A DNA stretch of 64,000 nt from Gracilinanus agilis (GCF_016433145.1 NC_058130.1:53610355-53674354), one strand, 5' to 3'. Positions 51,082 to 63,412 are shown, counted from the stretch's first letter. The notes: generated from the letters alone by a model not told the origin. Numbers and translations: made by a program.

Positions 51082-54000
51082 GGATTGTCATATGGACTAT
51101 GGGCTGTAATTGGGGTTGGGGCTGGGGGAGGGGAGAGGGGATGCTGGCCCTCAAATTGAGAAGAGAGGGAGGGTAGAGGGACTGGTCCTGAAATATTCTC
51201 CACGCCACTGGCCTAATACGGTTGACAGCTGGTGCACATGAAGCTAAAATTCCAGAAAACCTTTTTGAAAACTGCATTTGAAAGGCTGTGTTGATGTAGG
51301 GCTGGGAGTTGGATGGGGCTCCCTTTGATCAGGATTGGATGATCCAATGCTGTGGCTTGAGCCCCTGGGGTTTTGGCTTTTCTGGATTCCTTTTAGAGAT
51401 GGATTATCCTTTTCTTCTCCTATCTGTCATCCATTTTACTCCTTTCCATCCCTCAACTCCTTTCCTATAGCCATGAAAACAAGCAGAGACTAAGCAGAAG
51501 CTGGTCATGAATCAGATAACACACTTTTTGGGAAGGAAATATCTGTAGGCTCTGGTCTCTGACTCCAAGAAGCATGGCTCAAAAAAGGAACTCAATAAAA
51601 TTCAACCATTACCTGACTTCCTTGTGCTTTGTATTTGATGTCATTTGGAGTAACATGAAGTACACATTCCCAAAATTGTTCTTAGAAATGGGTGAAATGA
51701 AGAAAAACAAACTGGAAATAATAGAAACCTGTTGTTGGGTGTACAATCCTCTTTTATGCCCTACTGTTTATATAGGAATAGTTCTAAATAAAAAGGGGAA
51801 AAAATGCATGAGATCTTGAAAAATAAGCCAGTGTGATATAATAGGGAACTGGAAATAGGGAAGCCTGGTACCTTGTCTCCAAGCCCTGCTGCTGACTTCC
51901 TGTGTCACCATGGGAACAAGTGCTTTAATCTCTTGACATCTGAAATACAGGAGATTTCAATTCAGAATATTGGGGAAAAAATAGCAGCTTGCATTTATTT
52001 AGTGCTAAAAGGTTTTCAGAGTGCCTTTCATCCACAATCTCATTTGAGATTTGAAGTGTTTTTAATGGAATATTTTGGTTAATCAGCTGCCATTTGGGGG
52101 GCACCTACTTTGTGCTCATCACTGGGCTGTGATGTTAACAGGACAAAGTAACTGATAAAGTCTTGAGGCGAGCTTACCATCCAGTGGAGCAGATGAAATT
52201 AACACGAAATTAGTTGAGACAACATTAATTGTGCTGTCCAGACCATAATGATGAGAACTAGAGAAGGGTGGAGTCAGCACACCTCAGCCAAGGTTGCTTA
52301 CCCAGGTCTTAGAGGGAGGTGGTAGCATGAAAGGGAAGGGGAGGGAATTCCAGGTGGTTATTTGTTACAAAAAGAAATGTATGTATAATCATATGTATTG
52401 TAAAATTTTTAAAAATGAAAATGCAGTTAAAATGCACAATGCTAGCTATGACAACCTTTTTTGCATTTAGAAAGTACTTCAGGTTCTTGGATTGTAAAGC
52501 TTTATGAACAAAGTATTGTACAGTACTTTGGGGAAAAGAAACTAGTTTTTTTTTGAGCATTCCAATGGTTTGGGAATGAATAGGGAATTGAGAATTAAAA
52601 GAGTTATTACCTAATTGAAAGACATGATTTTAAAAATATTTTATTGATGCATTCTGTTCTACCTCAGTTATTACCTAATTGCCTTCCCTAAGTAGAAGCC
52701 TCCTTTATAACAGACGTTACTCCTATTAATCAAGTGAATAATGATCAAACATCACAGAACATATTTCAAAAGCAAAATGGCAGATTACTTGTCACCCTTA
52801 GTTAATTCAGTCTTAGCAAAAGATGGAGATCCATCCTATGGAGGTGACTAGGAGCTGGGTCTGTGCTGAGATTTCTTAAACTTAAGTCTTCTAAGACTTG
52901 GGTGCCTTCCAGAAGATCAGAGTTAAAGGCTCTGCTTAGATGAATGGGACCAGTGTCAAAGTGATAGACACTAGGCAAACTTTTCCCTTCGCATTCAATG
53001 TGGCTGCTCTTAGATCTCATGAAAGCTGATGGTCAGAGAGTTGCTATTTCGGGATCTGGTATGATTGTAGAGGAGAGGCTTGGGGCCCTCCTAATTCCTT
53101 CTTAGACAGATCATACATGGGTCGAGGACCTGGGCTTGATCTCTAAGTAAAAGTGAGAGTATGAAATCTGGACCTTTTGATTATGACATAAAGAGGCACC
53201 ATCTTTGAAAGGGGAACCAGCTCACTACTGAGTTCCTATAGAGACAGTCTTTCTCCTCCCTGAGAAAGCATTCTCCTAACTGTAAAGCCTTGGTTGCAGG
53301 TGGCTGGTTCATGCAATGGAGAGACCCCCAGGCCTAGAGTCAGGAAGATCTGAGTTCAAATGTGGCCTCTTACTTACTATCTCTGTGACCTTGGGCAAAT
53401 CACTTACCCTTGTTTGCCTCAGTTTCCTCAACTGTAAAACAGGGATAACAGCCACACCTGCCTCTCAGGGTTATGGTGAAAATCAAATGAAATAGTATTT
53501 ATGGAGTGCTTAGCCCAGTGCCTGGTCCTTAATGGGTGATAACAAATGTTCATTCCCTTCCTTTCCTTCCTCCTCTTTACTGACACCTACCAACAATCCC
53601 TGCTATTGTATAAAAGTCATAGTTGCCTGTGCTCCACCCAGATATCCACCCTTTTTCTCTTGTCTTCACTCCTTCCATTTATGGGCAACAGCCAAATCTA
53701 GTTGCTTATTAATGCTTCAAGACCTCCAACACCATTCATTCCTAGCTGTCTTCCCCATTTCTGAGCCCAGGGGATAGGGACCCCAAACTCCTCCATCAGA
53801 GCAGCCGGCCTTCATTAAATCATTCAACAAGCATTTATCATATGTCAGGCACTGCTTGGTACTGATGATCATCAGGGGTTGAGGGGTGAAGCCATAGGAC
53901 TGGAGATCCTAGAATTTAGAATCCAGAAGTCCAAGTTCCCTGGTTTTACAGCTGAGGAAAGGGATGCCCAGAGCCAGAAAATGACAAGTCCCGGAGGTCA

Positions 54001-54529
54001 TTTGCTGGAAAGTAGCAGAAACCTGGTCAGGTGTTGGTGGGGAGAGCGCCAAGCCTGGAGTTATAAAGACTCATCCTCCCTATTCATATCTAACCTCAGA
54101 CACTAACTAGCTGTGTGACCCTGGACGAGTCACTTTACCTTGCTTGCCTCAGTTTCCTCATCTGTAAAATGAACTGGAGAAGGGAATGGCCAACCCCTCT
54201 GGTATCTGCCGAGAAAACTCCAAATGGAGTCCCAAGGAATGGGACACGAGGGAACAACAAAGCACAAACGAGATTTGGACCCCAATGACCCTGGTCTAGA
54301 TCGAGGGCTCTTGCACCACTCCGCCCCAAGTTTCTCTGTTCTCTCAGCCGCCTCAGCAGACTCCCCATCCTCTCAGGATGATAGACAGCCCGGTAAATGT
54401 CCCCAGACTGTGAAAGGTGGAGGCCAAGAGCGCGTGAATGGGGCGCGTGAATGAGGCCCTCGAAGGAGGAAGCTGTGGGGCGGCAGGGTCCCCACACACG
54501 ATGGAACCTTGTCGGCCCCCCACCTTTTC

Positions 54530-55560
54530 TTTCCAGCACAGGAAACCGCAGAAAACCAGGTCAGTGAGGTCCCGGGGCCCCTCCCTTAGCCCGGGCGCTC
54601 AGCCGCCAATTTTGGAACTGTCTAAGTCAGCTGTGTGGAGATATGGGGCCGTGAGGTGCCGGAGTCCCTCGGACCTAGAACCCCGACCAGAAAGAGGGAC
54701 GGAGCCCAACGGGAGGAAGAAAAGGCGTTCTTGGTGGGGATATCGAGAGGCGGGACCACGAGGGGCTCCTAGAATTGGGGTGGGGGGCGCAGGGCTGTGT
54801 CCGGGACTGCTGACGGCTCTCCTCAAAGACGCGGAATGTGAGTCAATCAGGGAAAAGAGCGGAGCTTGGGGCTGGCTGAGGCGGGGGCGGAGGGCTCGGG
54901 AGCCAACCTCCACAGACACTCCTCCATCTGCCGGGGCAGCCCAGCCTTCCTTTCGCCTTGGACCCTTTCCTCCACCTACCTACTCTTCCCCCAGAGGCCA
55001 AGTCCTTCGGGAGCCAGCGGCGGCAGCAGCGGCAGTAGCTGCAAGCGGCTGCGGCAGCGGCAACGCTCCCTCCCTTCCAGAACAAGCCCTAGCTCGGAAG
55101 AAAAGGAATGTGGTCTGGCCGGCTGCTGAGCAGCTTCAGGGCAGGCGCAGGGGCAGGCTCGGGCGGGAGCGTCCCGTCCTGAAGAGGGATACCAGGCAGC
55201 CCGTCTCCAGCGATGCTGCCATGTTCCCGGTGCGCTGATCTTCCCGAGGCCCATGGGGAGCCTGGTGCCGGTGGCTCCCCTCCTCATTCCCTTCCTGCTC
55301 CTCCTCAGTCTCTTTCTATCTGCGGGAATCAGGCCATCGCGAGTGAGCTGGTGGGGGGCCCCCTGTTTTCAGCCTTCCCACCCGGTAAGGACGTGAAACA
55401 CTGGACCCACCTGCCCTCCTGAGGTCCTTCTCCGCTTTCTTTCCCGCTGCCCCCTCGTCTCCGGCCCCTGAGGTCCCTGCTTGTTTCCCAGGCTGTTAGG
55501 AGAGCACCTCCAGATCCCCGGGAGGGCGAGGGGGGGGACCAGTAGAGAAGCCTGCTGACT
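54530..55560 (+). promoter_or_regulatory. CpG island / IL17RE promoter
   Basis: About 1 kb of CpG-rich DNA; TGAGTCA (AP-1) at 54839-54845; GGGGCGG at 54884-54890; surrounds IL17RE exon 1. Confidence 0.7.
55253..55384 (+). CDS. IL17RE: IL17RE coding exon 1 (signal peptide)
   Basis: MGSLVPVAPLLIPFLLLLSLFLSAGIRPSRVSWWGAPCFQPSHP|GTAAGG; 44 aa, similar to the recalled human MGSSRLAALLLPLLL...SAGI...SHT. Confidence 0.85.
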
Positions 55561-55665
55561 CCTCCATGGGGCAGTCTGGGATCAAGATCCGGGCTGTTAT
55601 TTCCCCCAGTCTTTATATTAATGCTTCTTTTCCTTCTTTTCCACCCTGGCCCCCAAACATGGCAG

Positions 55666-55681
55666 GATGACAGTTCTATCG
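55666..55681 (+). CDS. IL17RE: IL17RE exon 2 (16-nt microexon)
   Basis: ggcAG|GATGACAGTTCTATCG|GTGAGT gives DDSSI(E); human DDSFT recalled. Needed to bridge phase 0 to phase 1. Confidence 0.85.
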
Positions 55682-55856
55682 GTGAGTGTTTTCTCTCTTT
55701 TTAAAATACTCTTTTGAAGTCCTCAGAGACCCCAGTGCTCCCCATTCTTGAGCCCTAACTAGTTTCTACTCTCATGACAGAGAAGTAAACGTCCCTGGGA
55801 CCGAGGTACTTTGCCCTGAGTCCTCAGTGTTTGTCCCCCTTCCTGATCCCTTGCAG

Positions 55857-55970
55857 AAAATCTTGCCCTCAGCCTTCACCAGAGCCAGGGCTTGTCCACA
55901 AGGTCACAGTGTTCTCTGATCTGGCGATGCCTGCCCTGTTTCCACACCCAGCTCATTCTGAACACGACAG
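55857..55970 (+). CDS. IL17RE: IL17RE exon 3
   Basis: ttgcAG acceptor; NLALSLHQSQGLSTRSQCSLIWRCLPCFHTQLILNTT; C-x3-W-x-C-x2-C pattern as recalled for human; G|GTATGG; phase 1 to 1. Confidence 0.72.
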
Positions 55971-57279
55971 GTATGGAGCCCAGGCTCCCCCTTCTTTGTG
56001 CAGGACCTCCCCCCTTTGGGGCCAGGCAGTTCCTACAGGGTAAGTTGGGCTGCCACTAAGGCTATCCGATTCCTCATTCCTCCTTAGGGAAGGAAGGAGA
56101 GGCATCCTGAGAAATAATGTTAGAAATGGGGGGTTGAGATCGGAAATCTTGGTTCAAATGGGGATCCATTGAGTCCCAGTTTGTCTCTTACAGGAGCCCA
56201 GGGGGATACAGCCTCATAAATTTTGCTGGTTTTAGAGTGAGCAGGCGCCTCGGGGATCTTCTAGTTCAATGCCTTCCTTTTCTAGATGAGGAAGCATGAA
56301 GCCTGGAGAAGGAATGTTCTTAGTTCAAGGTCACAGAGCTAATTAGTGGCTAAGGCAGGACTTAATACCTAAACCTCCTCGTCTCAGTTCATTGCTCTTT
56401 CTACTATGTAACTTGGGGAAGACCATGTTCACCTGCCAGTTGTGAATCTAAGCAGATTAAGGATGTGCCAAAATGATCCAACTTTGCCATTTATGTCTTT
56501 GCAAATCTTATTTGAAGTTTTTCATATTTTTAGCTTTCAGTAATTCTCTAAGTCATGAAGTTGTCCTTCCTGAGTTTTCTAAGTAAAGAAGGACATTTTA
56601 AAAAAAACAACAACTCTTACCTTCCACCTTTGGATCAGTACTATGTATTGGTTCCATGACAGAAGAGGAGTAAGGGCTAGGCAATGGGGGTTAAGAGACT
56701 TGCCCAGGTTTACAAGTGTCTGAGGCCAGATTTGAAATCAGGACCTCCTGTCTCTAGGTCTGCCTCTCCATCTACTGAGCCACCTAGCTGTCCCCAAGCA
56801 GGACCTCTTTTTGTTTAGCCTAAATTTACCTCTTGCAGTCTTTAAATGGTACTCCTCAACTTAGATTTGGGGACCTTTCTATACACTTTTATAGACTGTG
56901 TTAGTCAGATTTGGGATCAAACAGGATGGAAGAACCTAGCTTAGTAAAAAATTTATTAAGACAAGGAGCAGCTAGGTTTCTCAGTGGTTAGAGAGCCAGG
57001 CCTAGAGACAGGAGGAGGTCCTAGGTTCAAATCTGGTCTCAGACATTTCCTAGCTGTGTGACCCTGGGCAAGTCACTTAACCCCCATTGCCTAGCCCTTA
57101 CTGCTCTTCTGCCTTGAAACTGGTACTTAGTGCTGATTCTAAAACAGAAGGTGAGGGTTTTTTTTAAGCACCTACTGTGTGCCAGATGGAAGTTCAAAAT
57201 TCATGGGCTGCAAAGAAAGGCAATGACAGTTCCTATTTTCTTTCTTTTTTAATCATTTGTCCATTACTGAGGCAAAGAA

Positions 57280-57960
57280 AACTAAAATTTTTAAAATTTT
57301 TTTATTTAATTAATTTAGAGTATTTTTCCATGGTTATAGGATTCATGTTCTATAGCCTATGCATAATTCCACTGGATTTTACATGTGTCATTGATCAAGA
57401 CCTATTTCCATATTATTGATATTTTCGGTAGGGTACTCATTTTGAGTCAACATCTCTAATTATATCCCCATCCACCCATGTGATCAGGCAGATGTTTTTC
57501 TTCTGTGTTTCGACTCTCATAGTTCTTCCTCTGAATGTGGGTAGCGTTCTTTCTCATAAGTCCCTTGTAGTTGTCTTGGATCATTGCATTGTTACTAGTA
57601 GAGAAGCCCATTACATTTGATTTTTACCACAGTGCATCAGTCTTTGTGTATAAGGTTCTCCTGGTTCTGCTCCTTTCACTCTGTATCAATTCCTGGAGGT
57701 CTTTCCAGTTCACATGGAATTTCTCCAGTTTATTATTCCTTTGAGCACAATAGTATTCTATCACCATCAGATACTGTGATTTGTTCAGCCATTCCCCAAT
57801 TGAAGGGCATCCCCTCATTTTCCAGTTTTTTGCCAACACAAAGAGTGCGGCTATAAATATTTTTGTACAAGTCTTTTTCCTTATGATCTCTTTGGGGTAC
57901 AAACCCAGCAGTGGTATGGCGGGATCAAAGGGTAGACAGTCTTTTAGTGCCCTTTGGGCA
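57280..57960 (-). mobile_element. L1 3' end (ORF2 C-terminus and 3' UTR)
   Basis: PFDPAIPLLGLYPKEI...KIFIAALFVLAKNWK...CPSIGEWLNK in ORF 57624-58010. Confidence 0.9.
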
Positions 57961-58251
57961 TGACAGTTCCTATTTTCAAGAAGCTCCCAATCTAATGAGG
58001 GAGATAGCAAGCAAACACTATGTATAAATAAGATACCTCTAGGAAAAACAGGAGATAATCAACAGAGGTCTGCCCATGACATTTATTAGCTGTGTGATCT
58101 TGGGCAAGTCAAACATCTCTCCTGGCCTCAGTTTCTTCATCTGTAAAATGAGTCAGAGGTCCCTCTAGCTGTCCTTCGAGGGTCCTGTGCTCCCTGAAGG
58201 GACTGTCCATCCCTAGTGAGGACCCACTTGCTCTCTCAACCCCATCCTCAG

Positions 58252-58349
58252 GTCTGCGAAAGTACCGGCTTCACCTTCTAGTGCGAAAATCCGACACATT
58301 CCCTAAGTTCCAGCTCTGCCTGAGGCCCAGGCTGCCCCGCACTGTCCAG
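58252..58349 (+). CDS. IL17RE: IL17RE exon 4
   Basis: cctcAG acceptor; (G)LRKYRLHLLVRKSDTFPKFQLCLRPRLPRTVQ|GTACAC; HLLV.KS as recalled for human. Confidence 0.8.
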
Positions 58350-58701
58350 GTACACTGCCTTCTCCTCCACTTTCCCAGCCCTCTTCCTTCTGCCTCTTGT
58401 CTGTGCGCTGATCTCTGTAACATTTTCATGGCGAAAGCAACCTGGCATGGGTCGTCTCCTCCCATTATTTCATGGTCTAGACAGAAGGATGGTTTGGATC
58501 ATTTTTTTCATTTTACAGGGAGGGAAACTGAGGCTGTTAGTGACTTGCTGTGGCAACACAGCAAATCAGCAGGAGAACAGGGTCAGACCTGTGACCTGTA
58601 GTTCTGGGCTAGTGTGCTTTATGGGCCACATATCACTAACAAATGTGGATGAAGTGCCAACCAGGTCAGGTGCCCTTCAGAAGATGGCAGGGCCGGGTGC
58701 A

Positions 58702-58944
58702 GCTGGATAGCTCAGTGGATTGAGAGCCAGGCCTAGAGACGGGAGGTCCTGGGTTCAAATCTGACCTCAGACACTTCTCAGCTGTGTGACCCTGGGCAAG
58801 TCACTTGACCCTCATTGCCTACCCTTACCACTCTTCCACCTATGATCCAATACACAGTATTGACTCCAAGATGGAAGATAAAGGTTTAAAGATGATGATG
58901 ATGATGATAATAATAATAATAATAGTGATGATAATAATAATAAT
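58702..58944 (+). mobile_element. SINE1_Mdo-like SINE with (GAT)n(AAT)n microsatellite tail
   Basis: Consensus body followed by gatgatgatg...aataataat. Confidence 0.82.
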
Positions 58945-58995
58945 AACACAGCTGGGCCTAGGCACATCCCAGATTGTCTTGTTCTCCGTCCACAG

Positions 58996-59137
58996 GGGAA
59001 GTGGCTACGAGCCTGCCGCCTGGCCGTCTCCTTCCCAGCAGTGCCCAGCTCTGGGCTGCGCTTAAAAAGGACCCAGCTCAGTGCTCCAGAGGGGGCTGAC
59101 GGAATGCCCCAGCAGCATGGTTCCCCCTGGCAGAGAG
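58996..59137 (+). CDS. IL17RE: IL17RE exon 5
   Basis: ccacAG acceptor; GKWLRACRLAVSFPAVPSSGLRLKRTQLSAPEGADGMPQQHGSPWQR + G|GTGGGC; GLR.KRTQ conserved. Confidence 0.8.
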
Positions 59138-59216
59138 GTGGGCATGGGGGCTGGGGATGGACTGCCCAGGGCTTGTTCTGAGCTGGGAGTCAGGGCTCAG
59201 AGGTCTTCTCCTCCAG

Positions 59217-59356
59217 GACCTGCATTCTCCTTTGTGCTGCTGCCCGGAGAGAGGGCCGTTCAGGTCACAGCCCCGCCGGGGCCCAACATCAGCGTGAGGC
59301 TATGCCACCAGTGGCTTCTTGAGTGTGAGGAACTGAAGAGACCCTTCCACAAACAG
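59217..59356 (+). CDS. IL17RE: IL17RE exon 6
   Basis: (G)PAFSFVLLPGERAVQVTAPPGPNISVRLCHQWLLECEELKRPFHKQ|GTAAAA; SVRLCHQW.LECEEL signature. Confidence 0.95.
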
Positions 59357-60988
59357 GTAAAATGCAGCTGATCCAGCAGAAGCCCCCAAAGGTCCCTGGG
59401 GGGCATTCCCAGGAAAAGGGAGAAGGAAACAATCCTGCTTTGTAGATAAAAGTGCTTTCTTCACTGCAACCCATAATGTCTGCAGTGCAGGTATAGATTA
59501 TCTCCATTTTACAGAGGAGGAAACTGAGATTTAGAGAGGTAAAGTGATTTTAAATCATACTGCCTGCCCACTCACACCTGGATCTTCTGACTCCAAGGCC
59601 AAGCACTCTTTCTACTAGGCCAGTTCCTGGAGAAAATAATGTCTTTATGGTAGAGCTTCTTAACCTGGGTCCACAGGCTTCTAACAAGGACCACTTACTC
59701 CAACCTGGGCAAGTCACTTAACCTTAGTTTCCTTATCTGTAAAATGAACCGGAGAAGGAAATATCAAGCCACTCCAGTGTCATTAAAAAACAAAACAAAA
59801 CTTTAATTTCCATTATAGAGTGGATACAAAGTATTGATTCCAAAGTAGAAGAGGATAAGGGCTAGGCAGTGGTGATGAAGTGACTTGCTCAGGGCCACAC
59901 AGCCAGGAAATATTTGAGTTCACATTTGAACTCAGGACTTCTCATTTCTAGCCCTAGCTCTTTATTCATTGAGCCACCTAGCTGCTTCTCTGATGCATGT
60001 TATTAGCCACTGGCTAATAACTAGTACAGGGATTACTTTTGGTTGTCTTGGTTTTTTTCATTAAATTTTACTTTTTTTCAACTAACAAGCATTTTTTTTT
60101 TCATCTTCCTATGTCTCCTCCCTACCAAAAAAAGATAAAGCAAATCCTAACAACTAGGCTTGGTCAAGCAACACAAATTCCTGTGTTGGTCATGTCCAGA
60201 AATGTGTCTCATTCTGCATATTAAGTCCATCACCTCTCAGGATGGGTATAATTCTTCATTTTCCGTACAAGGAGAATTATTAATCCCATTTCATAGATAA
60301 GCAGAATTAAGGCCAGAAGAGGTGCATTGGTAATCCTGGTCATTCAATGAGCTAGTGTGATTAGTTGGTACTAGGTCTCAGGCCTTCTGACTTCCTCATC
60401 CTTCCTTCTTCCAAACTGCTCTATTTCTGGCATTCTCTGTCCCCCATTCTTTCAAGGTAAATTCCACCAGGTTCTGGCTTATCCCCCAGGGCTCCCATAA
60501 ACTTCATTCGGCTGGTCCCTCACAGCTGTTGCCTCTGACATCCCAGGATTACAGATATGTCACGTCTGTCATATCCTGGTGATCCTAGTGTCCAGCCAGC
60601 TTCCTGATTCTGGCTATTTACATCAAGGAAGTCAGTCTGAGCCCTGTGGGCAGCCCTGGGGGTAGGACATTCCATTCCAAGTCTCAATGTCCCAGTCTCT
60701 AATCCTCTGGTAATTTAATTGTCAGGCTCCCTGAGCCAGAGCAGAGAATGGGCCTTAACAGACTATTAAACACAGAATACAGACCCTTCCCAGGCAGAGC
60801 AGTTTTTCTGAGGAGAAAGAAAGTGAATTTGGCAGTGTGATAAATTAGGTCTATTTGACCACTCTCAAGCCTGGCTCCTGCTTTCTTCCACCCCAGGCCC
60901 TAAGCTTTCAGATCTTCTTCACTGGTCTGGAATGCACATGCCTTTTCTTAGGCATCTTCCTGGCCCTCCTTTTCTGCTCCTCCTACAG

Positions 60989-61057
60989 GAGATTGTGTCC
61001 GGAGGTCATACGGTCCAGTTTCCCTATGAGTTCCTGCTGCCCTGTCTGTGCATAGAG
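60989..61057 (+). CDS. IL17RE: IL17RE exon 7
   Basis: EIVSGGHTVQFPYEFLLPCLCIE|GTGAGT. Confidence 0.95.
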
Positions 61058-61577
61058 GTGAGTGGTAGTGTTGCTGAGACTTTGGTAGGGGCAGAAGTGT
61101 ACATTTAATTCTCCATAGTACCCATGATCTACCAACTGTCCCTGGTCCTCATCCTCTCCATGTTGGCAGCCACCGTTCTCATTTGTCTGTGGGATGTCAA
61201 GGAAGGGCCTGGACATCTATGGAACATTTTAAGGTTTCCAGAGTTCTGTTTGTTCATTCTTTCTCCTTTGATCCTTATCACCCTGTGTGGTAGGTTCTTT
61301 ATTGTCTCCAATTTACAGATGAAGAATGGTCAAGCAAAGCAAGTTCTTAAAGTGTTGGTCATGTCCAGAAATGTGTACCTAATTCTGCATATTAAGTCCA
61401 TCACTTTTCAGGATGGGTATCACTCTTCATTATCCTTAGATAGGCTTAGAGAGATTGTGTTCCTGACTCCAGTGTTTTATTCAATTCGACACATTGCACC
61501 AAATCAAGGGCTAACCTAGAGGCTGGTTTGGCTCTTGAGTGACCAGAATGCTGAGTCAGTCAACAAGTCAACAACCA

Positions 61578-61800
61578 GGGGCAGCTGGGTAGCTCAGTGG
61601 ATTGAGAGCCAGGCCTAGAGATGGGAAGTCCTAGGTTCAAATCTGGCCTCAGACACTTCCCAGCTGTGTGACCTTGGGCAAGTCACTTGACTCCCATTGC
61701 CTAGCCTTACCATTCTTCTGCCTTGGAGCCAATACACAGTATTGACTCCAAGACAGAAGGTAAGGGTTTTAGAAAAATTAAAACAAAATAAAAATAAAAA
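61578..61800 (+). mobile_element. SINE1_Mdo-like SINE
   Basis: Near-consensus body and A-rich tail. Confidence 0.82.
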
Positions 61801-62546
61801 TAAAGAACAAATCAACAACCATTTATCATGTCCTTCCTATGTCCTGGGAGTTCAGAAGTGGAAATGGTCTAGTCTCCCCTGGGATAATTTGAAGGGATGG
61901 TCTTGACTTAAGTGACCACAGTTCCCCTCCTCCTCACACCTTCACATGGATTAGTGGTAAAATTAGATGGAAAAGGAGAGAAAGATTTTGCAGCCATGTA
62001 ACATGGTGGAGGAGAAGGGGATGGGTGGATAACAGATGGTGTATAGGTGAATAAACTAAATGCAGAGGGTGAGAATACCAGGCTGGAAGCCAGAAGTTCT
62101 ATTGAGCTTGAGGAGAGCACCACATTAGAGGCTCTGAGAAGTCCCTTTCAGGAAGGTGGAGGTAACATGAGAGCACTGAATGCCTTAGGAGGAACTGCTG
62201 AACTGAGGCTGGAGGTGGGGGGATGGAGCCCAAAGGGTGAGGGTGGCAACAAATACAGATGTGACATAGTTTCTAGTAGAAAAAAGGAAGTTAAATGTCA
62301 GCTATTATTATTATTCATATTGCATTTTGCCTCCCACTACTACTAATTTTCCCTCTTCTTTAAGGAGTTAGGTTTTCTTGATTCATATGTGCCCCTTTCT
62401 TGGAAGTTGAGTGCATAATCTTCTTTATCTCTGACCCCAGAGAATTGGATTGTAATGGGACTAGATCAAGGTGGGTTTGGGGTCTAGGTGGCATGAAGAA
62501 GTCTGCCCCTCAATGCATCCAGCCCTCACTCCCTTCATTCCATCAG

Positions 62547-62613
62547 GCAGCATACCTGCACCAGGACAGTGTACGAAGGAAGCAATGCCCCTTGAAGGAC
62601 CAGCCTGAAGTCT
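62547..62613 (+). CDS. IL17RE: IL17RE exon 8
   Basis: AAYLHQDSVRRKQCPLKDQPEV + T|GTGAGT. Confidence 0.93.
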
Positions 62614-63412
62614 GTGAGTGGCCAACACAAATCTCCTCTCAGCCCTTCACTCCAAGGATGAACTCCTCCAGATGACATTATCATTGGATCTTGGGAAGCA
62701 GGATGGGTGGGGGATCTGTTCTGGTTTTACACTTTAAGAGCAGGAGACAAGATGTAGCAGCACCTGTGTCTTGGCACCCCAATCAGTCAGTTGATAAATG
62801 TTGAACCCTTGGTGGGTATGCAGGTTTCTTCCTCCTTGTAGCCTAGATGGGGAGACAGGATAAACAGTGCCATTCACTCAGTGGGTACTCTTTGAATGAG
62901 TGGGATGAAATGGCTCACAGTACAAGATAGTGAATAAGGATGGCATAAATTGTATGGCACAAGCTGCAAGTGCTCTAGGATTTCAAAGAAGGAAGAATCA
63001 AGTGGACAGGAGCTGTCCAGGACTGCCTTGTGGGAGAGGAGGGAGGGGAGCTGGGCTTTGGAGTATGGATAGTATCTGAATAGTTAGTGGAGAAAGAATG
63101 GAATTGATAAGAGCAAAGAGCTGGGACATGGCCTGTGTGGGGAGGTGGGAGAGGGAGGTGCCAAGGGGAAGATTAGCCTGTGTGAAGCAGAGGGTACATG
63201 TTAGAGAGTTATTACATCCAAGATTGGGTCAGGTATGAAGGACAGTGGAATGGCCTGGTGTGCTTTGTAGAATTTGCCCCTCTTATTAGCACCACAATGG
63301 AGAAACCATCTTGGACCTGGGGAAGGAGCAAGGGGATCTGGGGATTGGTGAATGAAGGGGAGACAGGACTGTGGGTGAGCAAACATATTCACCAGGAGAC
63401 TTTTGCCCACAG

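Larger units (their letters stand above)
44813..54527 (+). repeat. Tandem direct duplication of 4857 bp (44813-49669 and 49671-54527) separated by one N
   Basis: Constant offset of 4858 at every point checked and across the ORF track. At least four transitions differ: 47634C/52492T, 48246G/53104A, 49133T/53991C, 49243T/54101C. Confidence 0.97.

Noticed and set aside
49671-54527. A genuine second JAGN1 gene
   Set aside because: No exon 1 or promoter is duplicated, the protein translation is identical, and the junction is an N.
54438-55238. Longest ORF in the window (266 aa) as a novel gene
   Set aside because: It lies in a CpG island where stop codons are scarce, has a low-complexity G/A/R/P composition and no recognisable domain, and begins inside the duplicated segment.
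60159-61420. Local duplication of gtgttggtcatgtccagaaatgtgt...aagtccatcac at about 60186 and 61353
   Set aside because: A similar sequence occurs at about 8580-8660, so these are copies of an interspersed repeat rather than a local duplication.
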